This document shows, one piece after another, positions 48,754-57,558 of a stretch of DNA of 57,558 nucleotides (position 1 is its first letter; each line of letters begins with the position of its first letter). The stretch is from assembly GCA_029259545.1 (NCBI GenBank), contig JAPHEE010000008.1, forward strand, positions 1-57,558, written 5' to 3'. The notes beneath the pieces are model-generated. The model saw only the letters and a list, made by a program, of their open reading frames with translations. It searched no databases and was not told the DNA's origin. Made by a program: the position numbers and the translations under genes. This DNA is from Candidatus Alkanophaga volatiphilum. GTDB taxonomy: Archaea > Halobacteriota > Syntropharchaeia > Alkanophagales > B39-G2.

Positions 48754-49950
48754 TTAAAGATTTAACCGCACGTATTCGGGAGAAAGGTCGCAGCCCCATG
48801 CAGTCGCCTCGTACGCGCCGACACCAAGATCCACAACAATCCTAAGCTCCCTTGTTTGCATGACTCTCCTGGCATGGTCGACGTCGACGGTGGGCGATCC
48901 GTTGCTGACGAGCTTCACGCTGCCGAAAACGCCGCTAATATCCTCAAGGGCTATTGATATCCGGGATTCATCGAGTTCCACCCCTGCGGCGCCGACGGCT
49001 GCCACTATTCGCCCGAAGTTCGGACTCTCCCCGTGTATCGAGCTTTTGACGAGTGGTGAGCGCACGACAGCTCTCGCTGCCGTCCTTGCATCCTCATAGG
49101 ACGCCGCACCCCTGACATGAACTTCTACAAATTTCGTGGCACCTTCACCGTCTCTTGCAATCATCTTTGCTAGCGTCTCACAAACGTAATTCAAACCCTG
49201 TTGGAATGCCTCGACGCTTGCCTCTTTGACGCCGGTTGCAACGAGCAGTACCATGTCGTTCGTGCTCATATCGCCGTCCACGACTATCATATTAAAGGAG
49301 CGGTCCACAGCGCTCTTTAGGCAGTCTTTCAGCTCGCGTTTATGTAATCTGGCATCGGTCCAGACGAATGCAAGCATCGTAGCGAGGTGCGGGAAAATCA
49401 TGCCAGCGCCCTTTGCGATGCCACCGATTCGCAACTCTGACTCTCCGTCGTAAATGCGAATTGCGGTCTCTTTCGGGAAGGTATCGGTCGTCATAATCGC
49501 ACGAGCAGCGGCGACACTGCCCTCCGCGTTGCTTGTCAGCTTTTCAGAAACCTCTTTGATTTGTCGTTCGATGAGCCGCATGTCAAGCTGCTTGCCGATG
49601 ACGCCCGTGGATGCGACGCCCACTTCCTCCTCAGGAATGCCGAGGCGGCGAGCCACGAGCTCCGCCATCAGTTCCGCATTCTTCAACCCTTCCTTTCCCG
49701 TGAATGCATTTGCGCAGCCGCTGTTCGCTACGATAGCGGCAAGCCTGCCGCACTTCTCAATCCGCGCTTGCGTGAGTTTCACCGGCGCCGCTTTCACCTT
49801 GTTCGCGGTGAAGACGCCGGCGGCGCTCGCATTTTCCTCTAGGTCTCCGGCTACTATGGCTAAACCGTTCTTACCCTCTTTGACCCCATAAGCACGCACG
49901 CCGCCGACAGCACAGATCCCCCCTTCAACCCGCTCTATTCTGAACTTCAT
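48754..49950 (-). CDS. argJ: Bifunctional ornithine acetyltransferase / N-acetylglutamate synthase
   Basis: Autoprocessing-site context HLATMLAFVWTDA, 398 aa. Confidence 0.9.
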   Translation of the reverse strand: MKFRIERVEGGICAVGGVRAYGVKEGKNGLAIVAGDLEENASAAGVFTANKVKAAPVKLTQARIEKCGRLAAIVANSGCANAFTGKEGLKNAELMAELVARRLGIPEEEVGVASTGVIGKQLDMRLIERQIKEVSEKLTSNAEGSVAAARAIMTTDTFPKETAIRIYDGESELRIGGIAKGAGMIFPHLATMLAFVWTDARLHKRELKDCLKSAVDRSFNMIVVDGDMSTNDMVLLVATGVKEASVEAFQQGLNYVCETLAKMIARDGEGATKFVEVHVRGAASYEDARTAARAVVRSPLVKSSIHGESPNFGRIVAAVGAAGVELDESRISIALEDISGVFGSVKLVSNGSPTVDVDHARRVMQTRELRIVVDLGVGAYEATAWGCDLSPEYVRLNL

Positions 49951-50128
49951 ATGCCAAGGGGCGAGGAATACCAGCTCTAAAAGTCATCCGCCCCCTTTCA
50001 CCTCCTCATAACAAACTTGTTCTCTTTTTTCCTGAATGGTATTGTTTTAGCTCGCTACGAGCCATAACAGGAAGGGTAACCGCCAGTGCTACCGCATCCG
50101 CCACATAGCTTCAGGCAGTTTATAAAAT

Positions 50129-50400
50129 CGTCGCTTGCAAACCCTCGCTTTTCAGAGCGGGGACAGGGGGGGTGGGGCAGGGGGTTGTTGGCAGTAGTTT
50201 TAAATACTCTGAATTCCTGCAAGAAGATGGAAGGTTTCCGATGCCGTCCTTGCGGGAAGCGTTGAGTGGCGTGTAGCCATCGGATAACGAGTCGGATGGG
50301 GTGGGGCTATCGTGAATCAGCCCTGAACCCGTGGAGCCTCAGCCTGAATGCGTGGAGCGGAGAAGCTCCGCACTTCAGTGCGGGGCGGCTCCCCATCCAG
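50129..50400 (+). mobile_element. Gene-less IS200/IS605-derived miniature element (MITE/PATE-like), copy 2
   Basis: cgtcgcttgcaaaccc..ggggaca..gggggggtgggg..tagttttaaat aligns block by block with the tnpB left end at 10501..10559. The 3' part ggatgggg..gtgaatc..gagcggagaagctccgc-acttcagt-gcgggg parallels the tnpB 3' end. Confidence 0.65.
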
Positions 50401-50599
50401 CTCCAAAACCTCCCCTTCTAATCTAAGTCTCGACAGCTTTGCATGAAAACTCCGTGCCGGCATGCCCGGCTGATCATCTTAGTGCTCTTGTCTGAGCGGT
50501 CTTTTCGGCATGGCATCCAAAACGAATAGTGCATTTAGAAGTACGTCTTCGCCGCAAACGCCCATTTTCGAGCTGAAGTTCCAAGAACCAGTGTCCGCA

Positions 50600-51130
50600 C
50601 TATTCCCTTGCATGTTTTACGATGTGAGGCGCTTCTGGGATGATTATCTCGGAGAGCGCTAGGCGGACGGCGTCTGGCGAGCCGGGAAGGCAGAATATAG
50701 CCTTTCCGGCGGCGACGCCCGCCACCGCTCTGCTTAAGATGGCAGCGGTGCCCACTTGCTCGTAGCTTTTCAGCCGGAAGAGCTCGCCGAAGCCCGGCAG
50801 CACCTTCTCAAGGAGTGGCGAGACTGCTTCGATGGTCACGTCCCTTTTGGTCAAGCCGGTGCCGCCTGTTGTCACAATGAAGTCCACGTCCGACGCTTGG
50901 AAGAGCATTTTGACACTTTCTTGTATCTTTGTGAAGTCGTCAGGAATGATGTCGTAAAACACAACTTCGTGCCCGCTCTCCTCAAGAAGCTTCCTCGCAA
51001 TGCTCCCAGAAGCGTCGTCCACGGGCTCATTTCGTGCTTTACGCTCGTGTTTAGACGTACTAACAGTGAGTATTGCGCACTTTAGCTTCCTCTTCGCAGT
51101 CTTTTTATGAAGCTCAGGGACGCTCGCCAT
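50600..51130 (-). CDS. moaB: Molybdenum cofactor biosynthesis protein B (MoaB/MogA family)
   Basis: CAILTVSTSKH, IVTTGGTGLTKRD, LPGSP. Confidence 0.85.
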   Translation of the reverse strand: MASVPELHKKTAKRKLKCAILTVSTSKHERKARNEPVDDASGSIARKLLEESGHEVVFYDIIPDDFTKIQESVKMLFQASDVDFIVTTGGTGLTKRDVTIEAVSPLLEKVLPGFGELFRLKSYEQVGTAAILSRAVAGVAAGKAIFCLPGSPDAVRLALSEIIIPEAPHIVKHARE

Positions 51131-51310
51131 CTCATTTTATTCGCCGTGCGGGTAAAGAAATGTGCATCTCCCAGATCATCAGCCGCAGCTTCACAACTTC
51201 ACAACACGATTCCACTTGAAATATTCCTTTACTTCCGAGTTCGAGGTGAAACATTTAAATATTATGGGCATCTTACTTTCACTTGTACATTCACATGTGG
51301 CGATGTGCAG

Positions 51311-51748
51311 ATGAAGATCCGTGTTGAGGTCACGTATGACGACGGCACGAAGACATCTCTCGACCTCGAAGGCAGCCTGCCCAAGAGCAAAGCCATTGAG
51401 AAAGTCGTTCATTTTCTTAATACTGAGCTCTCATCGCATGCACCTTCCATATCTTACAGCATCGACGAGCTCACGATAAAAGAACGTCTTGAATTCTTTT
51501 TGAGATACGACGAGAGAGCGCCCAAAGATTGGTTCACAACTTCAGACGTGAAACGAAAGTATGAAGAGGTGTATGGGACGAGTATAAAGCTTAGCACAAT
51601 CTCTACCTACCTCACGAGGCTTCACAATGAAGGCATCTTGGAGCGGAGGGGCTCGAAGTTCAAGAGGGAGTATCGAGTCGCCAGCAGCTACAAAAGGGCT
51701 GAAAAGAGCGAATTTGAGACCAAATACTCATCGTCCATCCCTCGTTAG
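51311..51748 (+). CDS. Small winged-helix DNA-binding protein, unknown function
   Basis: C-terminal FTTSDVKRKYEEVYGTSIKLSTISTYLTRLHNEGILERRG. tttaaatatt TATA-like box at 51254..51263. Confidence 0.5.
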   Translation: MKIRVEVTYDDGTKTSLDLEGSLPKSKAIEKVVHFLNTELSSHAPSISYSIDELTIKERLEFFLRYDERAPKDWFTTSDVKRKYEEVYGTSIKLSTISTYLTRLHNEGILERRGSKFKREYRVASSYKRAEKSEFETKYSSSIPR

Positions 51749-51807
51749 TGCGCAAGCGTCGATTGGCTGTCTTTAACTTGGAATTAGAACGCTCTGAGCA
51801 CGCTTGA

Positions 51808-52095
51808 GATGCCGAGGACTTTGAAGTTGAGGTACGGCACTGTTTCAGGATGGTAATTAAAGCAGGACCTAGAGGCAAGAGGAACATGAAGGAGGCGAGG
51901 AGGCTGGCTAAAAGCCAGAGGGGTACCTGCGACAAGGACAAGATGCCTGTAGTAGCCGTGGTGGAGAGGGGAAACAAGATTCGCCCCCATAGGAATGTCA
52001 AAACAAAGGAGATCATCGACAATACGGACGCCCTCTCGAGCTACAACTACCCAGTGAATCGGCATCGAAGCATCAACCACAACAGCGACAAGTAA
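51808..52095 (+). pseudogene. IS1595 (ISXO2-like) transposase fragment
   Basis: FEVEVRH..GPRGKRN..KMPVVAVVERGNKIRPHRNVKTKEIIDNTDALSSYNYP..HRSINH resembles the ISXO2-like DDE core. Only ~95 codons remain. Confidence 0.5.
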
Positions 52096-52325
52096 TAGGA
52101 TGACAATAAAAGCAGAGCCCTTTTTTATATCCGCCCCCTGATGGCTACATTTGAAGGCGTACCCAAAGGAGAAGTTTGCACTATCTGTTCTCACTATGTG
52201 AACAAGACTAAGAACACGATGATTCTGCGTCTCGACCAGAATTCTGGATTAATTGTAATTGATAAGTCGTTCAAAGCGTATGAGCAAACTTTTTGTAAGT
52301 GAAGGGCTACGTCCTCAGTTTTATC

Positions 52326-53357
52326 CTACCAGTTTAATCTAGAGCAAAAAGGCTCTACATCCCACCAATTTAATCCTTCGATGAAGTGACACGCCTCATA
52401 TATATCAGAAAATTTATTGTCAAAACCATAGTAATAATCTGACGAGGTAACTTTTATTTCGCCGAGGAAACCAAGGAAATATGTATATTTGTTTCTTGGT
52501 GGTGAAAGGTAATTACTCAAGTAATCCTCAAAACTTCTTGGTAGAATATAACCACCAGCGCCATACTTGTTAAGATAGTCAAGGTAAGATTGATAATACA
52601 TTGAGTATTTCTCAAACTTGCCTTCAGGACTAATTACTATCCCCGGTGGTTGATATATATCCTCACATAAAGCAGTTGCTTCAATCGCAACCCTACCATC
52701 TTCTGGAAGTTCAACAATTACCCAAGCATGGTCTAACTCTTCAGACTTAACGATATAAGTGTCGAATCCTGCCCCCTCCAAATACCATTCGAGATATGCT
52801 GAAGCATGACTGCATCTAAAGGAGCTAATATTATATCGTGGTAGTTTAACAGTCATTAAGGTATCATAAAGCGTCTTTATCGAGTGAATTTGCGGATCTG
52901 AAACCATTTCATCAGCTTTTGAATAATAACCTCTTGGAATCATCAATGTCGAATAATTGTCTGTTTCACTCCACCAATTACTAATATCCTCGCACACGCT
53001 TTGAAGAAATAATCGAATTCCTCTAGATTGAAAAACAAAAATAATGATAATTGCCAAAATTGCTAAGATGGTTGTAACCTTTTTAATCCCTACCTTCCTT
53101 TCATAGTTCGGCTTTTTCTTTATTGGTTTATAAATCTTAGTTCTCCTGCTTCTTTTTCTCCTGTACACATTTATTTTAATACTACCATCAGCATTCAATA
53201 CTGCTACAATCTTGTAAACATAATGCCTCCCTTTCACGTATAATGTGTTTATGCCTTCCTCTTCAGTAACCCCTGCTTTACACCTCGGTATATATCTTTT
53301 AACCCACTTCGGTGTTTTGTGAGGAGGTATTTTTCTCCAATCTCTTGATTTGCCCAT
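52326..53357 (-). CDS. Membrane-anchored transglutaminase-like / papain-fold protein
   Basis: Basic N-terminus and one TM (TTILAILAIIIIFVF). The extracytoplasmic domain carries CSHASAYLEWYLEGAGFDTYIV..LDHAWVIVEL..GRVAIEATA (Cys-His-acidic pattern). Low G+C. Confidence 0.5.
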   Translation of the reverse strand: MGKSRDWRKIPPHKTPKWVKRYIPRCKAGVTEEEGINTLYVKGRHYVYKIVAVLNADGSIKINVYRRKRSRRTKIYKPIKKKPNYERKVGIKKVTTILAILAIIIIFVFQSRGIRLFLQSVCEDISNWWSETDNYSTLMIPRGYYSKADEMVSDPQIHSIKTLYDTLMTVKLPRYNISSFRCSHASAYLEWYLEGAGFDTYIVKSEELDHAWVIVELPEDGRVAIEATALCEDIYQPPGIVISPEGKFEKYSMYYQSYLDYLNKYGAGGYILPRSFEDYLSNYLSPPRNKYTYFLGFLGEIKVTSSDYYYGFDNKFSDIYEACHFIEGLNWWDVEPFCSRLNW

Positions 53358-53469
53358 AATTCAACTCACCAGCTATCCTTTCCGTCTTGATTTTTCTTTT
53401 GCTCTTACTCCTGTTTAAACTGTTGTACGAACGCCTCTATGCTAGTCTCGACCCTAAAGCATATGAGCG

Positions 53470-54480
53470 TTAGAATCTTGAAAACTCAAGGAACTCCTCA
53501 AGCTTCTTTGCTCCCCGCCCGCTTTCCAAAATTTCCATCGCATGCTCCAGTCCTTCGCTCAAGCGGTCTGCGACGCCCCCGACGACGAGCGCGGCGGCGG
53601 CGTTCAACGCCACGATCTCGATGCGGGCATCGCTCTCTTCGCAGTTCAGCACGCCACGCAGGATCCGAGCGTTCTCAGCGCTGCTGCCGCCGAGCACGTC
53701 TTTCGTACTCGCAGGCTTTAAGCCGAGGTCCTCAGGACGCACGTAATACGTCCTGACTTCGCCATTTTTCAGCTCCGAGATCTTCGTCTTGCCGAGCGTC
53801 GAAAGTTCGTCAAGTCCAGGCTCGCCGTGTACGACCATCGCACGGTCGGCATTAAGAAGTTTAAAGACCTTCGCAATCTTCTCCGTCAGCTCTGGCGAGA
53901 ACACGCCCATTAACTGTGATTTCGCGCCTGCGGGGTTCGTCAGCGGCCCGAGTATGTTAAAGACGGTTCTGATGCGGAGTGCTCGACGGACGGGCATGAC
54001 GTTCTTCATTGCTGGGTGGAAGTTCGGGGCGAACATGAAGCCGATGCCGATGCGTTCGATGCTCTCTTCGATTTTCTGCGGTGGGAGGTCAAGACGAGCG
54101 CCTAGCTCTTCTAGGACGTCGGCGCTACCGCATTTCGACGTGACCGAGCGGTTCCCATGCTTCGCAACCGGCACCTCGCAAGCAACCACGAACATAGCAG
54201 TTGTGGAGATATTGAAAGTTTTGACGGCGTCGCCGCCGGTCCCGCAGACATCCACGAGCTTTTCGACCTTGGGGCTTATGCGCACGGCGAGCTCCCGCAT
54301 CTTCCTCGCAAACGCTGATATTTCGGTGGCGGTCTCACCTTTCATACGCAACGCCACGAGGAACGCTGAAATCTCGACGTCGGAAGCTCTACCACCCATC
54401 ATTGCCGCCATTGCCTGCTCAGCCTCTTCCTCGCTCAAATCCTCAAACTCTACAAGCTTAGCCACGAGCTCGCTTAGCAT
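53470..54480 (-). CDS. trpD: Anthranilate phosphoribosyltransferase
   Basis: DVCGTGGDAVKTFNISTTA, KHGNRSVTSKCGSADVLE. Confidence 0.9.
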   Translation of the reverse strand: MLSELVAKLVEFEDLSEEEAEQAMAAMMGGRASDVEISAFLVALRMKGETATEISAFARKMRELAVRISPKVEKLVDVCGTGGDAVKTFNISTTAMFVVACEVPVAKHGNRSVTSKCGSADVLEELGARLDLPPQKIEESIERIGIGFMFAPNFHPAMKNVMPVRRALRIRTVFNILGPLTNPAGAKSQLMGVFSPELTEKIAKVFKLLNADRAMVVHGEPGLDELSTLGKTKISELKNGEVRTYYVRPEDLGLKPASTKDVLGGSSAENARILRGVLNCEESDARIEIVALNAAAALVVGGVADRLSEGLEHAMEILESGRGAKKLEEFLEFSRF

Positions 54481-54510
54481 TTTGCATCCCTCAGTTACAG
54501 CAAACACCGC

Positions 54511-55095
54511 CTAACTCACGTCTAAGAAGTTTTTAATGATTTTCAGCCCGTGCTTCGTGAGGATGGACTCAGGGTGGAACTGCACGCCGAAAATCGGCAG
54601 ATTCTCATGCCGCAAGCCCATGATTTCGAAGTCGTCTTCGCTTCTTGCTGTCACTTCAAGACATTCCGGGAAATTTTCGTCGTCCACGACGAGCGAGTGG
54701 TAGCGAGTCGCCTCAAATGGATTGGGAACGCCCTTAAAAAGGGCGCTCCCGTTGTGTTTTATTTTTGAGGTTTTGCCGTGCTTCAGAGTTCGTGCGTTTC
54801 TTATGCGACCACCGAAGACGTAACCGATGCATTGGTGTCCGAGGCAGACGCCAAGCGTTGGGATCGCATGCCGCACTCCGTACTCCAGAATAACGTCGTT
54901 GGAAAGCCCCGCGTCCGCCGGCGTCTTCGGCCCTGGTGAGATTATAATATGCGTGATTCCGTAGCGTTCCGCCACCTTCGCAACATCGTCCAACGTCGCG
55001 GTATTCCGCAGGACTATGGCTCGTTCGCCTAGGACCTCTACGTACTGGACGAGATTGTAAACGAACGAATCGATATTGTCTATTACGAGAATCAT
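54511..55095 (-). CDS. trpG: Anthranilate synthase component II (glutamine amidotransferase)
   Basis: ILVIDNIDSFVYNL, catalytic LGVCLGHQ, GVQFHPES. Confidence 0.9.
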   Translation of the reverse strand: MILVIDNIDSFVYNLVQYVEVLGERAIVLRNTATLDDVAKVAERYGITHIIISPGPKTPADAGLSNDVILEYGVRHAIPTLGVCLGHQCIGYVFGGRIRNARTLKHGKTSKIKHNGSALFKGVPNPFEATRYHSLVVDDENFPECLEVTARSEDDFEIMGLRHENLPIFGVQFHPESILTKHGLKIIKNFLDVS

Positions 55096-55114
55096 TTTCC
55101 ACACCCTCAGAAGG

Positions 55115-56626
55115 CTAAATGCCGAGAGCCCGCATCATCGCCATGCACTTGCTCACGGTCTCGTGATACTCACGTTCTGGTTGCGAGTCCGCAACTATGC
55201 CAGCACCCGCCTGCACATAGGCTTTTGCGGTTACAACGCCGGGGGAGGTGCGTCGCTTGCAGTTCTCAAACACGATGGTCCTGATAGTAATTGCTGTATC
55301 GAGGTTACGAGTTAGAGAAAAATAGCCCACGCATCCTGCGTAAATTCCGCGGCGTGCCGGCTCAAGCTCCTCGATAATCTCCATCGCTCGTACCTTCGGC
55401 GCTCCGGTGACGGTACCCGCCGGAAAGACCGATGCCAATGCGTCGAACTCGTCGTAGCCATCAGCAAGCTCCCCTACGACCTCGGAAACTATGTGCTGAA
55501 CATGTGAATACTTCTCGACGTCCATGAATCTCGTCACCCTGACGCTTCCGGGCTTTGCAACACGTCCTATGTCGTTCCTTCCTAAATCAACGAGCATGAC
55601 GTGCTCCGCCCGCTCCTTCTCATCGCTCAGCATCTCCTCCTCAAGCCTCTTGTCCTCGGCGGCGTCCCGTCCCCTCGGACGGGTGCCGGCGATCGGGAAC
55701 GTCGTTAGATTTCGTCCTTCGACCCTCAGGAGCATTTCGGGACTCGCACCCGCAACCTTACGCTCGCCGAAGTCGAGGAAAAACATGTAAGGCGAGGGGT
55801 TGAGGGCTCTGAGTCGCTCGTAGACGTGCAGCGGGTCGCCACAGAAGTCCGCTGAGAAGCGTTGTGAGAGCACGACTTGGAAGACATCACCGTCGTAAAT
55901 ATAACGTTTCGCCCGCTCCACCGCCCGCTCGAACCCTCCCCTCGTGAAGTTCGACCTGACGTTTCTCGTTTCCAGCTTTTTGGTCCGTAGCTCTTCCTCC
56001 GTCGCCGCCCGCTGCTGCCGCTCGCCGTAAAATGCACGGAGCGTGTCGAGCGCAAAGCTCAAGCTGCCGCCTTGCAACACTTCACCTCCGACGCCGCTCC
56101 CCGCCTCCGAAAACTCCAGAGTTAGGAAATACATTTTTCCATAAAAATGGTCGAAAAGAATGTAGCGTTTTGCAAGCATAAGCTCGCAGTCCGGCTCTCG
56201 AAGCTCGTCGCTGGCGTCGTTGCCGATGTCCTCGAAGTAACGGATGAGGTCGTAGCTGAGGTAGCCGACGAAGCCTCCGAAGAATCTCGGCAGCTCTTGA
56301 CGCTCTTCGGCGTTGAAATTTAGCTCTAGCCTGCGGAAAATCTCACGTAACGCCTCAAACGGGTTTTCAAAGCCTCCTGAAAGCTCTTCCAGCTCTTTTA
56401 AAGCGGTGTCGCTCGTGCGTATTCGGATCTCGTCGTCCTTCGCCCAAAGTTCGGCGGCGGGGGAGAAGCCAATAAAAGAATAACGGGCGAGCCGCTCGCT
56501 CCCCTCTCGAGACTCCAGCAGGTAACTTTTGCCTCCATAGCGTTGCCGCACCACCTTGTAAACCTCCATCGGGTCTTCTTGCACCGAAGTTTCAATGAAA
56601 ATAGGCGTCACGAGCACTTTGGACAT
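55115..56626 (-). CDS. trpE: Anthranilate synthase component I
   Basis: GTVTGAPKVRAMEIIEELE, RGIYAGCVGYF, GAGIVADS. Confidence 0.9.
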   Translation of the reverse strand: MSKVLVTPIFIETSVQEDPMEVYKVVRQRYGGKSYLLESREGSERLARYSFIGFSPAAELWAKDDEIRIRTSDTALKELEELSGGFENPFEALREIFRRLELNFNAEERQELPRFFGGFVGYLSYDLIRYFEDIGNDASDELREPDCELMLAKRYILFDHFYGKMYFLTLEFSEAGSGVGGEVLQGGSLSFALDTLRAFYGERQQRAATEEELRTKKLETRNVRSNFTRGGFERAVERAKRYIYDGDVFQVVLSQRFSADFCGDPLHVYERLRALNPSPYMFFLDFGERKVAGASPEMLLRVEGRNLTTFPIAGTRPRGRDAAEDKRLEEEMLSDEKERAEHVMLVDLGRNDIGRVAKPGSVRVTRFMDVEKYSHVQHIVSEVVGELADGYDEFDALASVFPAGTVTGAPKVRAMEIIEELEPARRGIYAGCVGYFSLTRNLDTAITIRTIVFENCKRRTSPGVVTAKAYVQAGAGIVADSQPEREYHETVSKCMAMMRALGI

Positions 56627-56662
56627 GATTCCGCGCAGCTCAGCTTTTCAGCCTCCTCAACC

Positions 56663-57558
56663 TTACACCTTTGGCAACCGCTCCACGAGCTTTTTTATCT
56701 CTTCCTCTGGATATTCATAGTCCACGAGCTTTTTCCTGAGGAAGGCGTCGTAGGCGGCGAGGTCGAAGTGCCCGTGCCCGGAGTTTGCGAAGAATATGAC
56801 TTTCTCTTCACCCGTTTCCTTGCAGCGCAGCGCCTCGTCGATCGCCGCCTTCACGCAGTGTGCCGTCTCAGGGGCGACTACGAAGCCTTCCGTCCTTGCG
56901 AATATGGTGGCAGCCTCGAAAACCTCGTTTTGATGATAGGCAACAGCTTCCATGTAGCCATCATGCGTCAGCTTGCATAGCAGCGGCGCATCGCCGTGAT
57001 ACCTGAGTCCGCCGGCGTGAATTGGAGGCGGCACGAAGTCGTGACCAAGCGTATACATCTTCAAGAGTGGCGTCAGGCGGGCGGTGTCGCCGTGGTCGTA
57101 AGCATAGATTCCTTTCGTGAGTGTCGGGCACGCCTTCGGCTCGCAGGAGACGACCTTTAGATCCTTGGCTTCGGGCTTCCCTCGGAGCTTGTCGCCGACG
57201 AACGGGAAGCAGGCGCCGGCGAAGTTCGAGCCGCCGCCCACACATCCAAACATCACGTCCGGATACTCGTCAAGTAGCTCGAACTGCTTTTTCAACTCCA
57301 GTCCTATGATGGTCTGATGTAGCAGCACGTGATTCAGCACCGAGCCCAACGAGTACTTCGTGTCGTCGTGCTTCACCGCATCCTCGATGGCTTCGCTGAT
57401 CGCAATCCCCAAGCTCCCCGGCGAGTTCGGGTCCTCCTCAAGCACCTTCCTGCCGAACTCCGTGCGGTCACTCGGCGACGGCACGCATTCCGCGCCCCAG
57501 ACCTCCATTAGAATGCGACGATAGGGTTTCTGATTGTAGCTCACTCGCACCATGTATA
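56663..57558 (-). CDS. trpB: Tryptophan synthase beta chain, TrpB2-like; N-terminus lies beyond the window edge
   Basis: [41 protein letters not shown]. The frame stays open to position 57558. Confidence 0.85.
   Translation of the reverse strand, partial: YMVRVSYNQKPYRRILMEVWGAECVPSPSDRTEFGRKVLEEDPNSPGSLGIAISEAIEDAVKHDDTKYSLGSVLNHVLLHQTIIGLELKKQFELLDEYPDVMFGCVGGGSNFAGACFPFVGDKLRGKPEAKDLKVVSCEPKACPTLTKGIYAYDHGDTARLTPLLKMYTLGHDFVPPPIHAGGLRYHGDAPLLCKLTHDGYMEAVAYHQNEVFEAATIFARTEGFVVAPETAHCVKAAIDEALRCKETGEEKVIFFANSGHGHFDLAAYDAFLRKKLVDYEYPEEEIKKLVERLPKV

Noticed and set aside
53789-54514. 241-aa plus-strand ORF
   Set aside because: It is antisense to trpD. The translation is Ser/Thr/Ala-rich and low-complexity.
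1-57558. Whole-window scan for CRISPR arrays, tRNAs (T-arm GGTTCRAATCC-like), rRNA, inteins and in-frame stop recoding
   Set aside because: No regularly spaced direct repeats were found. The only tcgaatcc-like hits lie inside coding genes. atpA and the other large genes have normal lengths, so there is no sign of an intein.

Overview
This window reads as an archaeal chromosomal segment. Archaeal markers include TBP, the A-type ATPase subunits H/E/F/A/B, glycerol-1-phosphate dehydrogenase, RpoF/Rpo4, FEN1 with a C-terminal PIP box, uL15-SecY and type-2 IPP isomerase. Two ORFs resemble methanogenesis-marker proteins (a PurM-fold marker-2-like ORF and a DUF2099 marker-8-like ORF), which suggests a methanogen, ANME or alkanotroph-type lineage.

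Most of the window is G+C-rich housekeeping DNA:
- glycolysis and proteolysis: gap, tldD
- lipid synthesis: fni-egsA
- other core genes: fen, aor, argS, argJ, moaB
- tryptophan synthesis: trpB-E-G-D
- transport: two ABC transporter fragments

Interspersed is visibly lower-G+C mobile DNA:
- an IS607-type element (serine recombinase plus a zinc-finger-less TnpB-like ORF)
- a TnpA-less IS200/IS605-type tnpB
- two short gene-less derivatives (MITE/PATE-like) that keep the tnpB element's left-end and omega-RNA-like right-end sequences
- a decayed TnpB-like pseudogene with one of these MITEs inside it
- IS630 and IS1595 remnants sitting in two small low-G+C islands

I found no CRISPR array, tRNA or rRNA, and no clear multi-gene defence system.

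The most interesting candidates, all needing computation or experiment, are:
- the apparently RuvC-II-deficient, zinc-finger-less TnpB-like protein and the orphan omega-RNA-like MITEs
- a translationally coupled PurM-fold enzyme plus a tandem ThyA-fold fusion in which only one half keeps the nucleophile Cys
- a divergent SagB-type dehydrogenase / PqqD-like RRE pair with a 14-codon ORF between them
- an A-ATPase operon lacking I, K, C and D
- a tight argJ-V4R-CooT-like-HDAC-unknown gene string

All functional calls come from motif recognition by eye. No database search was run.
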